Below, one piece after another: positions 26,993-41,085 of a stretch of DNA of 64,000 nucleotides; position 1 is the first letter of the stretch, and each line of letters begins with the position of its first letter. The position numbers and the translations under genes are program-made. The notes under the pieces are model-generated. The model had not been told where the DNA came from, did not search any database, and was given only the letters and a program-made list of their open reading frames with translations. Origin of the DNA: Proteromonas lacertae (lineage: Eukaryota); NCBI GenBank assembly GCA_002245135.1, contig NGBS01000606.1:1-64000 (forward strand), given 5' to 3'.

Positions 26993-28015
26993 TTACACCA
27001 AACTACTCCTAATACTTCCACTAGTCCTCTCTTCTTCTCTTTTATCTTCTTCATCCAATAACAAATCAATAGCTGAGCTAAATGAAGGTAAAGACGGTAA
27101 ATTTGGCATAAAAAACAACATACTTGTAGTTTCTTGATATTCTCTATATTCATTCACATTCTTCCTTAATTGTCGTTTCTCCATCATAGGAATAGATATA
27201 AATATAAATAAACATGTCATTAATACTGGTCCAACCAACAAATAATGCCAATGTTGTGTATTGTTGAGGATATTAATAAAATAGAAACTCCACCAGAATG
27301 TAAGTTCACAAAAATAATTGGGATGTCTTGAATATTTCCATAAACCAACATTACATATTTTCTTTGAATTATCACCATTAGAATGGAATTTTCTTAATTG
27401 ATAATCTGCTATTCCTTGACATACAACTGATATAACAATTACTACATAAAATGGAATGACAAAATAGGTAAATGTACTGTTACTAGAATATTTAAAATAA
27501 TCAAAAATTGGTTGAAGGTTAATAAATACAATTAAAGTTGGTATAAAATCAATACACACAAAACTTGATATAAACCATAACTTTGGAGAATATCTCTGTA
27601 TTAGAGTGTATCTCCAATCTTGACACATCAAAGATTTAAAAGATATTCCCCAATTAACTGTAAGTCTTATTGACCATAGTAAAACTAAGCCAAATAATAT
27701 AAGATTACCAAAATTCCATTTATAGTATAAAAATAATGCCCACAATAGCAAAACTGGAGGAAAAACACTCCAATACGGATCGTACACAGAAGCATTATTA
27801 ACTATCAAACCACCAACCCATACCACTACTGTAGCAACTGTATCGATGATGAAAAACGAAATACGTAAATCCATATTTTGTAACGGAATAAACACACCCA
27901 GTGCAAAACCGAACGCAATCAAGTATACTCCCACTATAAATACAAACGAAAGCAGTCGGTTCTGCCTGAAATTCTCATATAAAGACTTTGTATTGTCAAG
28001 CTGCATGTTCGTCAT
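26993..28015 (-). CDS. DUF1295 / steroid 5-alpha-reductase-like membrane protein, intronless
   Basis: Motifs NASVYDPYWS, WSIRLT, QDWRY, GLWKYSRHPNYFCE and SIPMMEKRQL. Confidence 0.88.
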   Translation of the reverse strand: MTNMQLDNTKSLYENFRQNRLLSFVFIVGVYLIAFGFALGVFIPLQNMDLRISFFIIDTVATVVVWVGGLIVNNASVYDPYWSVFPPVLLLWALFLYYKWNFGNLILFGLVLLWSIRLTVNWGISFKSLMCQDWRYTLIQRYSPKLWFISSFVCIDFIPTLIVFINLQPIFDYFKYSSNSTFTYFVIPFYVVIVISVVCQGIADYQLRKFHSNGDNSKKICNVGLWKYSRHPNYFCELTFWWSFYFINILNNTQHWHYLLVGPVLMTCLFIFISIPMMEKRQLRKNVNEYREYQETTSMLFFMPNLPSLPSFSSAIDLLLDEEDKREEERTSGSIRSSLV

Positions 28016-28055
28016 TATTATATTAAAAAAATATAGTGGTTTCAAACAATAACGA

Positions 28056-29871
28056 ATGAATAGATTGAACGCATTGAAGCTCAAGAAAATAAGATGGAGT
28101 CATAGAAAAAGTATACTAGATCCTGAATACCGGGTAAAAAGTTTGAAGCGAAGATCAACTGTTGATGAGAATGATGGAACAATCGAAGTGTTTGATGATT
28201 CAGAAATATTTCCTGGTATAGAATATATTTTTTATAAAATTATCAGAGTCTTTGAGAAATCGAAGTGATTTTCAAAAAATGTTCAGTTCTGACCCAATTC
28301 CATTATACACAGTAGCATTAAGAAAAGTACCTCATGGTATTTATTGTTGAAAATTATATTGAATAGACAGATCAAGAGATGATGTTAGTCTAATAAAAGA
28401 TTATGTAAGTCATTTACCACTAATAGACTTATTAACAGAAAGACAACAACAAGAACTAGCAGAAACAATGTATGTAGAAAAGTTCAATAAAGGTGATATA
28501 ATTGGAGATAGTTCAAAAGGTAAAATAGTATTTGGAATAATATTGAATGGTGAAGCAGAAGTGTCGTATATAGGAAAACAGAAAAGATCAAAAACAATGC
28601 TGTATAAGAATGAATTAATAGGAGAAGTATTTACTTTTATTTTATAATAATTCTTTATAAATAGAATATTTGTATGAAAACGAAATTCTTTAAGAATGTA
28701 ATAATAAAAGCATCTACAAACTGTGAAGTAGCTAAAATAAAACAAGAAAGAGTTCATTTAATCTTCGATTCACGTCGAGAGGATTGTATAAAATCAAAAT
28801 TAGAGTTTCTTAATGATATTGATTTATTCAAAGGATGGGAAGCAATGCATTTAAATAGAGTTGCAAGTGTATTAAAGACAGTAATGTATATTTAATATTT
28901 ATTAACATAAATAGATTTGCTCCAGCAGCGTATATAGCCACTCAAGGTGAAATGCCTGAAGATATGTTCTTCGTAATTTCAGGACATATTCTCATCCAAA
29001 GAGAAGTGATTATTCATCAAAAACATACTGCTCCAACTAGTGCACATACATGGGAAACTAAATACTATAAATCTTCGAGAATAGTGAATGTGGGTGATAT
29101 TTTACCAGGTCAATATTTTGGTGAAAGTGCATTGTTGATGAATGAACCAAGATTTGCTCATTGTATATCTGCTGGAATCACCAAAGTATTGGCATTAAAT
29201 AGAAACGATTTTTTGTTATTAGCACATGGTAAAACATTTGATGTATATATACATATATTATTATTATTATTATTTATTAATTAATTAGATTATTGCCTCA
29301 AGAATGGAAACTTATCACACTGATGAATCATTAGAACAATTGATTGTAGAAAAAGAAAACGCTGAGAAAAGATGTATTCATCGAATTCATTACAAATTTG
29401 CAGAGAAAAATAAAAAGAAAGTGTTGGATCTAACATCTGATAAAAAAGAACTTCATGATAATGATGCAAACTCCAATTTTTCACCAATTAAGCATTTTGG
29501 TTCAAAATCAACATCATCAATACCTCATAATTATTTAAAATTGCCTAAAATAGAAGAACATAGAGCTTCAAAATTAGCATCATTAAGTTCATTGAATTTA
29601 TATCCATTTTGCTCCAACTCCTATGTCAGATCATCCACCTAAAAGATTATCCACAAAATTGGCTGAAGAAGATGAAGAAATTGATGTAGTTTCTCCATTG
29701 AAAAGAAATTCAATTACATTTAATCCACTTAATACTCCTATAAAGAGAGTTAGTTTAGTAGTTAGAGAGATAGAAAGAGAGATAGAAGCAAGTGAAAGTG
29801 AAGAATATGGTTTTGATGAAGATGATGATTTTCTAGATGATGGAATGGATAATGAATATGGTGATTTGTAA
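28056..29871 (+). CDS. Protein with two cyclic-nucleotide-binding domains
   Basis: ATQGEMPEDMFFVISGHI and PGQYFGESALLMNEPRFAHC; the first CNB domain is degenerate; 1-bp indel near 29608. Confidence 0.8.
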
Positions 29872-30025
29872 ATAATAAGTAATTATATAAATATATTTAA
29901 ATGTATAACTATGTCTTTTGAGTTTTGATTTTTAGTATGAAAGGACAATATTTTAATTGTCAAACTATAATTCAAGCCATTTAATTTATTATTTTTGTTG
30001 TTTTTGTATTATATATCCACAATTG

Positions 30026-33000
30026 ATGTATAAATTACATCACACGTATATATTCAATGTAATATAAATTCAATAGAGCAAGATTACTTCGCAATAATTC
30101 CTTTCAAAAGATTTATAATAATCAAGTATCGTTTACTTTATCTATTGATAGTGTACAAATTTACCACTTAGTAATTGCTTTAGAACCATTTATCTTTATC
30201 ACAACTTTTCTACATCAACAAATCGTATTGTTCTTATTATATTGTAGAATATCGAGATGAATTCAATAAAATTCTTCAAGAACACAACAATTCACTAGTA
30301 GAGGATGGAGATTTAGAAAAAGAAGCCAAAAGAATTTCATCTTTTCTAAATGAAGATGTTTCATCATTAATTCTTCCCAAAAACTATCACCTCACAATCA
30401 AATATTAACACAATGGGAAATAATAACACAGCATCTTTATGGAATCAGAAAGAAGCAAATGAATGTGATGCTTATAATCAAGCAAAAGAACAATTTGACA
30501 CTCTATTAGATCCCTGATACAGATGATCCATTGAACGATAGAGGAAGGAATTTCACTAGATATGATTATACTAATAGATATCAAAATAACAGATACACTA
30601 ATAACAATCATTATAATAATCCAAATGTTGTACCAAATGAATATAAGAATCAAATGAAATTAAAGAAACAATTGAGTGATCCAAAAGTGCAAGAATGTAT
30701 ATAATATTATGTATATATTATTATAGCAATGTTATTGAATAATTATTTAGAACAGCCAATGATATATGGACCTGAATATATGAAAGGTAAATCAAGAATA
30801 GAAGTGAGTGATCATTTATTGTATAAGTCAATATTAAATGAAATGCCAAGAAGAAGAGCATTAGAAGCAATCTATGAAAGAAGGCTTGGCTTGACGAGAT
30901 TCTTCAACAGATTAATGGATGAACCACCATATGCAACTCGACAAGGTTCTTATTTTAGAAATGAGGCAATGAACAGATCTTGGCCAAGAATAGCTAATAG
31001 AAAAGATAAACAGAATCCATATGTTGAGAAATGGGATTTGAATAAGTTGTTAGAAAGTGTGGATGTTGTTGTTGAAGATAGAATTGTATATATATATTAT
31101 ATATTATTAATTAGATTCCTGATCATCCTCAAGAAGAAATGAATCTCTCAAACAGGTTTGATGATTATGCACTAATTGATGAAGGAAGAGATAACTTCAT
31201 GAAAGGTAAAAGTATTGAAGTCAACAACGAAGAAAAAACTCAACTTCGAGAAAATCCATTTGATTATAAATCTGATATTGAAATAGGTGAATATAGTAGT
31301 GATGGTATAGTAACAGAACCAGAACAACCAGGTGGATATAATCCATTAATAATGAAGAGAGATTATCGATACAAATGGCCAAGATTCAAAAAAGATGAAA
31401 TAGGAGAAAAACCATATGAAGGTTTTAGTGATAGTGAATTAAAAGAAAGAGTAGTTGAAATAATGCCGAATGTGTATTTCTTTAAAGATGATCCTAAACG
31501 TAAATATTATGAGTATCGAGATGGAAGATTCCACTTATTAGATAAAAAGATATTAAAAAGTTCAATAAATCCTGAAGTTGAATATAATAACAGTTTAATG
31601 GCAACTTCTGATGAGTATGGATCAGATCTTGAACCAACACCTCCACATCAGTTTTACAGTAGAGATTATAATAGAACTGAAAAATCGTTAATCCCAAGAG
31701 CAGTTGGACAATTTTTAGATGGTTTAAAACAGTTGGATCATAATGAAGAAGTTGATAATAATACAAAAGAAGAAATAAGAATGTATATGGAGAATTCATT
31801 GATTAAAACAATCAAACAAAATAAATTAGAATTTGCTGATTTTTGTGATAATGATATACCTAATAAAGAAGGTATTTATTCTGAACCATTAGATGAAAAT
31901 GACATGTCAAATGGTAAATTACCATCCAATTTACCAAAATCAAGATTGTGGAAATTATTAGGTCCAAAATTCACTAAAATAGCTGAAAGACATTATAACT
32001 TATCACCTTCTGAAAAGGTAGAATTAGAATTACCAAAAGTTAGGAATTTACCATTAGATCAACAAGAGATATATAATTCATCAAAATATTCATTTTATAG
32101 TCGAAATAGGAAATCTGATTATCAAAAATTCTACGAAAGAGATGATGAAGATTTCTTGATTCAAGATTATTCATTGTCAGAATATAAACAGAAATTTGGA
32201 TCAAAAGCAACTGAAGAGTTTAAACAAGATAATGAAAACAATCAAAATAACAACGATAGAAACAATAATGAAAATGAAAGTCAAACATCTCCAATATTTG
32301 GAGAAAATACATTTTCATTCTATCAAAGTAGAGTATTGAAATATCCAAATAACAGTTTGTTTGGTAGTAGTGCATTTAATCCATCTCCTGTATTATTAGA
32401 TAAGAAAAGATTTGATTTATTTGACAGTTTAGATGTTTTATTACCATCTGATGAAGAGAATAGATTTCATGATGATTATTCAAATGATGAAATTCATATG
32501 AATTCAAGTGTAGAGCCTGCCAATTTTAGTGAAATACTCAAAAATTCAAATCTTTCAAATGAAGAATTAATCAAAATAGTCAAAGAATATCCAAAGTATA
32601 AGAAAATGAATCTATCAGATAAAGAGGCAATGAATGTATTAAATGGCATTCTTCCTGATCAATCAAAATATCGTTATAATCCATATTCAGTACCAGAAGA
32701 TGCAGAAGGAATATTAAAACCACCTAATGGTGTAGATCCAAAGCTGTTTAGAGCAATGACATTGTTTCAGACAAGACATAATCATAAAATATATGATGAA
32801 AAGGAAGAAGAAGATAATAATAATAAAGATGTGAATGGTAAAGATAATAAAAGGAAAAAAGTTGAAAAAGTTGAAATGTTGAGTAGTGAAAGTGATACTG
32901 ATTTTGATCCAAGTATATATTATCATTATTATTATTATATAATTGAATAGATGATAATATTGAAAATCCAATGAATGAAGTATTTCAATTGGAGAAAGAA

Positions 33001-33645
33001 AAAAGAACCAAATATCTATGCTAAAGATATAGCAGAATCTCCTGATAGAAGTACAGGTCAATCAGGTTCAGTATCCTTCGTATTAGATCAGAAACAAGTA
33101 CAACATACTACTAAAGGTGGAAGATCTGCTTTAGCTGTTGTTTTAGGTATTGCTGGTAACTTAGAAGGATGTGTTGGATATGGATATGGTAGAGCAAGAG
33201 ATGTAACTAAAGCAAGAACAAAAGCATTAGTTTTTGTATATATTATTATTATATTATTGAATGTATATAGGCAAGAAATAATTATGTTGGCTGTGATTTA
33301 TATGAAGGAAGAACATTATATCATGAAGTATCGGGTAAATATAACTCAACAAAAGTATTAATAAAACCAGCTGCTCCAGCTACAGGAATTATTGCATGTG
33401 ATAGTTTATGGGCTATTCTATTCTGTTTAGGTATTAAAGATGCAGTTACTAAAGTGAGTGGCAATAGAAATATTTATTCATTAGTAAATGCAACTTTTGC
33501 AGCTTTGGATAAACATCAAAGTGTTTGGGATGTTAGTAGAATTAGAGGTCAGAGAATTAGAGATATGAGATACAGTCATTTGTGGAATAGAAGTAAACTG
33601 AGAGATGCTGAGAAGAAATATGGACTTGATCCACACAGATTTTAA
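30026..33645 (+). CDS. Mitochondrial ribosomal protein uS5m with a very long N-terminal extension
   Basis: S5 domains QHTTKGGR...GNLEGCVGYGYGRA and KVLIKPAAPATGIIA...GNRNIYSLVNATFAAL. The N-terminus is presequence-like. Joining the upstream ORFs needs three 1-bp corrections (~30377, ~30512, ~32974). Confidence 0.7.
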
Positions 33646-33914
33646 TAATTAAGATGATTTTTTTCTTTCACTTTTGTTTTTGATATTATTAATGTATATC
33701 ATAAACATCGGATATATTTTGTTGTGTTATTTACATCTCTATGGGTTTTATTAAAAAAATTAATGAAATTAATAGGAAGAAATGGTAATGCATTGCATCT
33801 AAATTGATATTAACTTATCGTAATATATTTTATTAAATATTTTTAATGAATTTTCAATAATTAGCCAAATCAACAAAATCTATTAAAATAGAAAAATACA
33901 AATAGTAATATTGA

Positions 33915-36900
33915 CTATTCCCAAATGAATTTAGTCAATTTAATCGTTCCATCTACTCCACAACTTATTAACGAATTATCTAATATAATCATATCTAATA
34001 CTCCATAACTTGTCAACTATAATCAAAATAAATATATATAATATACGACAGCATCTTGTAGTGGTTTAATAAGTGTATTTTTAGGGTGTATATTAACAAT
34101 AGTATCAACTAATTGAAAGGATTTACTATTCCATATCTTAATATCACCATCAGTAGATCCAGTAATGAAATATGGTTTTGAAGGATGAACTAATATTGAT
34201 TTAATTGCAGAATTATGTGCATTTTCATTCACATAAATGAATTTCCTCTATTTCAATATAATTAAATATATATACTTGTCTCATATCAAAAATATTCATA
34301 TCGCCTTTATCTCCTCCACTAATAATCATTCCATTAACACTCTCATAGCTGATACTCAAACCACCATCAGGATGACAAGCTGGAGCTTGAATACAAGGAG
34401 TAGAATTACTCACTAAAATATCCCAAATCTTCAAATTCTGTTTTCCTTTATTAGAACCAATTGTTCCAAGTATTGAACCACCATTCAAATAAACCATATC
34501 ATTAGCACGTTTGCTAAAAGCTTGAATTACCTCAATGGATCTATTGTAATACAAATTCCACAGCCACAAGAAACCTGTAGAATTTAAAGCACAGAGTTTA
34601 TTTCCTGAAGTATTAATTCTTACATTAGTGATTCTATGTTGTTGTGTAGATAGATCAACACCAGTTTTCTCATAAATTGCTATTGCATTTGGTTGTGAAT
34701 ATTGCCATAAAGTAACAATGCCATTTGTACTGCCTGATACATAGAATGGTAGCATTGGATGACTGGTTAATCTGATACTATTACTCTTTTCTTTAGAAAA
34801 TGCTGTTGTTGGTGAAACTAAAGATTGTAAATCTATTTATAGAATAATGTATGAAATAAATAAATACTTTTATAATAATTATATTCAGTAATATAAGCAT
34901 TACGAACATCATCTATTCCACTATTCCTTGGTGTCACTAGACAATTACAACTTATAAATATACTTGGTTTATCACTTTGAGTTTCTTTCATTTCATCCCA
35001 TATACTCAATTTCTTTGTTATATAAGCATAATCTTTAATTGACTTTTCACTGATTTTAGTTGCATTGCAAAATGCTAATAATTGATATTTTCCATATTTT
35101 GAACAACTGATACTGGTGATGTTATCATTACTTCTATATATTTCAATTGGCTATATCAAATGATAATATATAAAATGAATATATATATACATGAGCTTTC
35201 GGATTCTTCATTTTGAATGTTGTAATATGTTCTTGTCTTCTTTGTAATAGCTTAATTAACACTGGATTAAGTTCATAATCCCACCATAACTTCTCCATTG
35301 AATCACTACCAAATATCTAAACAAAATAATATATATATAATAAATCATACACTTGTATAAGATTCACTGAAATATAATAATCTTTGAATTACTGAATCTT
35401 GTTGTGTTTGAGTTAAATCTAAATGATTATAATAATTAACATTCTAAAAATATACGTGAAATAGTGAAAGATGAGAGTTTATCAATAAGAAACACTTCAT
35501 ATCTATACAAACTATTGGATAATGCTCTAAACTCATCAAATAATTCTTCATCAACTTCATTAGTAGCTTTTAACTTTGTTTCAATTGTTAAATAAATCTC
35601 TTTTACAACATAAATGGATAATAATTTTGAACAATATTGTTGAGCGATTTTGATTGGATCAATAATTTCACTCTTAAAAACTTGAGATGGTTTGACATTA
35701 TTTATATAATAATGCCATAATGATGAAACAGTTGTAACAATTGACTTTGAAATAGGGAATGATAACCCACCTATATATAGATAAAAATAACAACAATAAT
35801 AAAAATATATTTATACTATTTCTCCACAAATGTAATTGATATAACAATGGATAATCCAACATCAAATAAGCAGCTAATGAAAAATAACAATACACTAATA
35901 TCATAATAGAGTTATAATTGGGTTTAGTAATATCATCACTATTAACATTATGGCTGTTTATTGTCTGGTTCAATAACACATTACTATATAACATCAAACC
36001 AACTGCTAAGATTCTTGGAACATCCATTTCTATACGATGCAATTGAGTTTCACATAATTCATTGATATAATTTCTTAACATTTTTGTTAATAATAACAAT
36101 ATTCTATTATCTAATATAATTGATGATTTGTGGTAGAAATCCTTAATCTGATAAGTTAAGAATGATCCAGTTGTTAATGCATAATTCAATTGTATTGATT
36201 TATAGTCAATCTCTTGAGTAAAATAGGTTATGAATGACATTTCTGTTTCTATTATTGAATGTGCTTTTGTTGGTGTATTTCTGTCATTATGTTTACTCAA
36301 GCTATGAACAGATTTAAACAACAATTTCTCTTCATCTCTAACTAACCTTTTAATTAATGTAGAAAGTGTATTTTTCAATAACACATCCAATTGACTTTTA
36401 TTGATATAATTAACACCTGTTGATTCATGTAATATCAATAATTTCTCATACGCTAAAGTATAATTCTTACTATTGGCATATGCAATTGATGATTTGATCA
36501 AGCTTGCTTCAATAAAATAATTATATTCATCACTTCTTTTCAATGGAGGACAAGACGTTAATAAATAATGAGCCAAATATGGTGTTGATGGTTGATAACG
36601 TGATGTTAAAACTGGATAAATTGTATCTTTAATGTTTGGATCTGACTTATAAAAATCTATTACTTCTGGTGCAATATTAAACTTTGGATAATTCTTTTCA
36701 CTCATTTCTTGATCACTAATAACATCACTGAATAGTATTAAATATGAACAATTGTGTTCTTTTAATAACCAATAACAGATTGAAGCTAAATACCAATCAC
36801 GATTGTAATATGCCACTGATAATATGTGATTTCTAATAATACTCTCATATAATTCTGTATTATTTGGACATAACATTTTACATATTAACAATGCTAATTG

Positions 36901-39086
36901 GTAATCATGTAAATTCTATAATTTTAATAAATAAATATAATAAAACATACTTTTAAACAGACATTTATTGCATCTTCAATTTTATTGGCTAAAAGGAAGA
37001 ATACAACAGCTGTATCATATCTTCTCTTTGATAATAAAACAAATGCATTCTTGGAAGCAGCAATTTGATGTTCTTTCTGATTAAAATCTCTACTAAAGAA
37101 CTGGAACAACTTTGTATCTTTTGCTAACTTGAATAAGTTTGTAACGACTATTTTTTGACTTAATAATAAATAGAATAATGCACAATTCATTGGTTCAGAT
37201 TTGTTATTCTGAAATTCTGCCATTGCTATCTTTTGCACCAACTGTTTTAACTTTATATTAGAATCTAACCATAGTAAAATACCATACTTCTTCAAATTAA
37301 CCCACAAATTAGGAATTGATGGTAAAATATAATCTAAAAACACATCACTAGATCTTGAATGTAAACCCCATAGAATATCAATACTTTGTATATTGAATAC
37401 TCTTTGATTCTCTCCTAAGTACTTATTGCCAAAATCATATGATTTTACTGCTTTCATATATTGAATTCCAGCATTGTCAAGACTTGAAGATATTGGATTA
37501 TTTCCACAAAATAACACTTTATATGTTTCTAATATGGTTTGTAAAGCAGGTAAACTGGATTTATCCATACCTTCTACTTGCATATTCTATTTTATAATAA
37601 TAATAATATATATACTGGTAATTCTTTTACTAAAATATCAATCATTTCATTATTAACCACTACTTTTTCTCTTATATATTTATTGGCATTATTTGCTTTC
37701 TTTGCTTTATTAATCAATACAATCTCTTCTAATGAATTCTCTTTTAGTTTTGGTGAATTTGGACTTACATCACTGAAATTATCATCAATAACACTATTCT
37801 GTTTAGACAAAGCAGGTGTAAATTCATCAAATATGTTTGATTCTTTTTCTACAGGTGTTATAGCAACTCCTCCACCTCCTACTCTACTACCTGATCTTGA
37901 TCTAAACCCAGATTTAGATGGGAAATAGAGATTTGGAGGAAATGTAGAATCATTATTGCTATTAGTAGTTTCATTCTTTAAGTAAAATGGTTCTAATTCA
38001 TTATAAGTGGACATCAAATTAATAACTGGTAAATATGGTAATGCAATGATATATTCAGATGATTTTAGCCCCAAAGTTTCATCTTCTTCTTTCTGTTTAA
38101 TATATTCTATTGTATTATCATAAATAAACTTAATCAAATATTTCACTTTATCATAACCACCTTCACTAAAGAAATGCAACATAAAAGTAGGAACGAATGT
38201 GTGTTTTGAGAATTGTACATGATCTGAGAGTGATATAATGTTATTGGTTGATATATGAGGTATAATAGTATGATTATATTTAGATTGAATTGGTACTCTT
38301 GGTACAATCCATGAAGAAAAACACAAAATAGAATTATTACAAGTTACTACTAGATTTCCATTTAAAGTCCATATTAATGAATGAATAGAATCAGTTATTA
38401 CATTATCACCTGATGTTTTAGAGAGTGTATGCCAAGTATCGTACTCATAATAATAAATAGATACATTCTTACCATATCCTATTGCAATAATTGGTTTAAT
38501 AGTTTGAAATTCACTCCACGCAATACATAATCCATCATATTCATCTTCTTTACATTCATAATCAAGTGATTCTATAAGATGAAATCGATTTACACTGGAT
38601 AAACACCCATAAATCTTTACATTTAAATAAACGATATTATCTTTGATCTTTTCATAACCTACAGCTACTTTACCGAAACAACATCTTACAATTACTGGCT
38701 TATAGTCTATTTCAGGTAATTTAAACTCATCATATGGTAAATTCCTATCAATTATCCATAAACGCAATACATTATTCTTATGAAAAGAAATAAATGACAT
38801 ATTCTTATTGGATATTGTATAACCAATAGAATCAATACAACTATCAACATCAACTAAACCTTCTTCAATTGGAATAGTTTTAACTGTATATAAAGTTGGT
38901 TTAAAATCATTGAAAATATTGGGTAAACTATAAACCATTATAACTTGACCAGTATCTGTTTCAGTAATGTATATTATATACACATTATTCTCACTGTAAT
39001 ACACTTGTAAGAATGAATTAAATACTGTTGAATTAGATCGAACAATGGTGGGAGTAGAACCACAGAAATTAAGTGAACCTACAATA

Positions 39087-39134
<48 letters not shown>

Positions 39135-40955
39135 CTTTCTTCATCAATTGTAAAACATCTGAGGGTATTATTTGTTACATCTAATACATATTTCGTATTA
39201 TTCTTAATCATAATACAAATACCTGATAAATCTCTCGTTTTATATTGAACACAAGGTGATAAGAATTTCTTACATAATAATGCAAATGGATTAACTTTCC
39301 ATATACTAATTGTACCTTTTATTGTATATGTTATAATATGAGTATCTTTAGATTCAACAATACAAGTCCTTGTCTCATCAGCTGTGATTGATGGAATATA
39401 TAAAATATTATGAATTTTACTACGATGACCTACACGATATAACATCTTATTGGTTGCAATTGGTTCATTTCCATTCCATTTTATATCAAATGTTTTCAAG
39501 TTTCCTAAACTTCCTTGACTGATTACATTCAATTCTAATTTTGATATATCAAATGACCATTTCTTATCACTCAATAAATCATCTTTATCATCATTAATCT
39601 TACACCAAACACACATATAACAATAACTTGCCATATTGTATAACTCATTATGTTTTAAGTTCAATTCGTAATTATCTAATTGTAGTTTTACATACATTTC
39701 CATTGTGATGGGAGATCTTGGATAATCATATAGATTATTGACAATATATATCAACAACTATTATAATATATATATATATATATACTTGACTACTATAGGT
39801 TTGACATATCAAATATTGTCTACTATCTAATCTATTCACTATACTTCCAATATGATGTAAATTATGTTTTTCTCGAGAGGTATGATAATGACCTTGATAA
39901 AACCAATATTCAGATTGATTCTGCTTTCTCATGTATAATATATTCTTACTAAAATTGTCATTATTATTTTTATTATCTTTATTTGTTGTTTTGGTTAAGA
40001 TTATTTCATTCTTATTTTCAGGTAAATAAAGATTAATATATGATAATGATGCAATCTTAGATGGAGATGGAATATACTCTAATGTATAAGATAATACGAA
40101 TTTAAATGATTCATAAAAATCAGTTTCTATATATATCCTTATCTTATTATCTCTACAATAAGTTAGAAGTGAATTTGGTATTGATTTGTTCGTTATGTGA
40201 TTCTTATATAAAGGAGACCATAATACTGAATATAATGATCGAGGATGTCTTAATGTAATGGATATTGGATTGCATAATGTATTGATACATAAATTATACC
40301 ATATTCGAATAAATGAACCATACTGTGTCATTGTATAAAATAATCTACCATCTGGAGAAAATTTACTGTCTAAAATTGGATTTTTTAATTTTTGATCGAT
40401 TTGTTTTTCGTATAGTAATGACCACCAGTTACTCCATTCTAATTCATTCTCTGGTTGACTTCTTGTACCAAATAAACTGATATTATCTCCTGTGGCTAGT
40501 AAAATTGGATCTAACGGATGAAAACTTAGACTGTATATGTAACCATTTGGAGACAATGCGCATCGTGCATACCACTATATTTTAATTATATAATATTAAA
40601 TGTATACATAATATTCACTGATTGACGAAGGATCAGAAGAACGAGCATACAATATTACTGTCCCATAGGAGGCAACAGCAAATACATTCAGATAGTTTGG
40701 TGATACATACAACGAATCGTTCCAACACACAGCAGTTATACTATTCTTGTGTAATCCATCATCTATAGTTTGTCTTATATAATAACTGTCACTATCAGAT
40801 GAGCCATAATTATTACTACAATAGATTATTACTTTCTTTCCTACAGCACATAATAACCATAACTCACCATCAAATTCACTGCTATCAACAGTATTTGGGC
40901 CAGAATTAGTTGAACCACTTAAATGCTGGATTTTACTTATTTCTGAAGGCTGCAT
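33915..40955 (-). CDS. DMXL/Rabconnectin-3alpha/Rav1 (RAVE, V-ATPase assembly) WD40 protein
   Basis: Rav1p_C motif FFSRDFNQKEHQIAASKNAFVLLSKRRY...FFLLA; N- and C-terminal WD40 repeats; about 13 GT-AG introns. Confidence 0.88.
39092..39129. repeat. Intronic (AT)n microsatellite
   Basis: Pure AT dinucleotide run inside a DMXL intron. Confidence 0.9.
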
Positions 40956-41085
40956 CAATTGTTACAACAGATTTTAAAAAATCCAAACTTATCGAAACTT
41001 TTCTAAAACCAATTTTAAAATCGGTTTGATTTCTTGTTTATCGAAAAGCTATATGGAAAAATAGAATTACATAAAGAAATATTGC

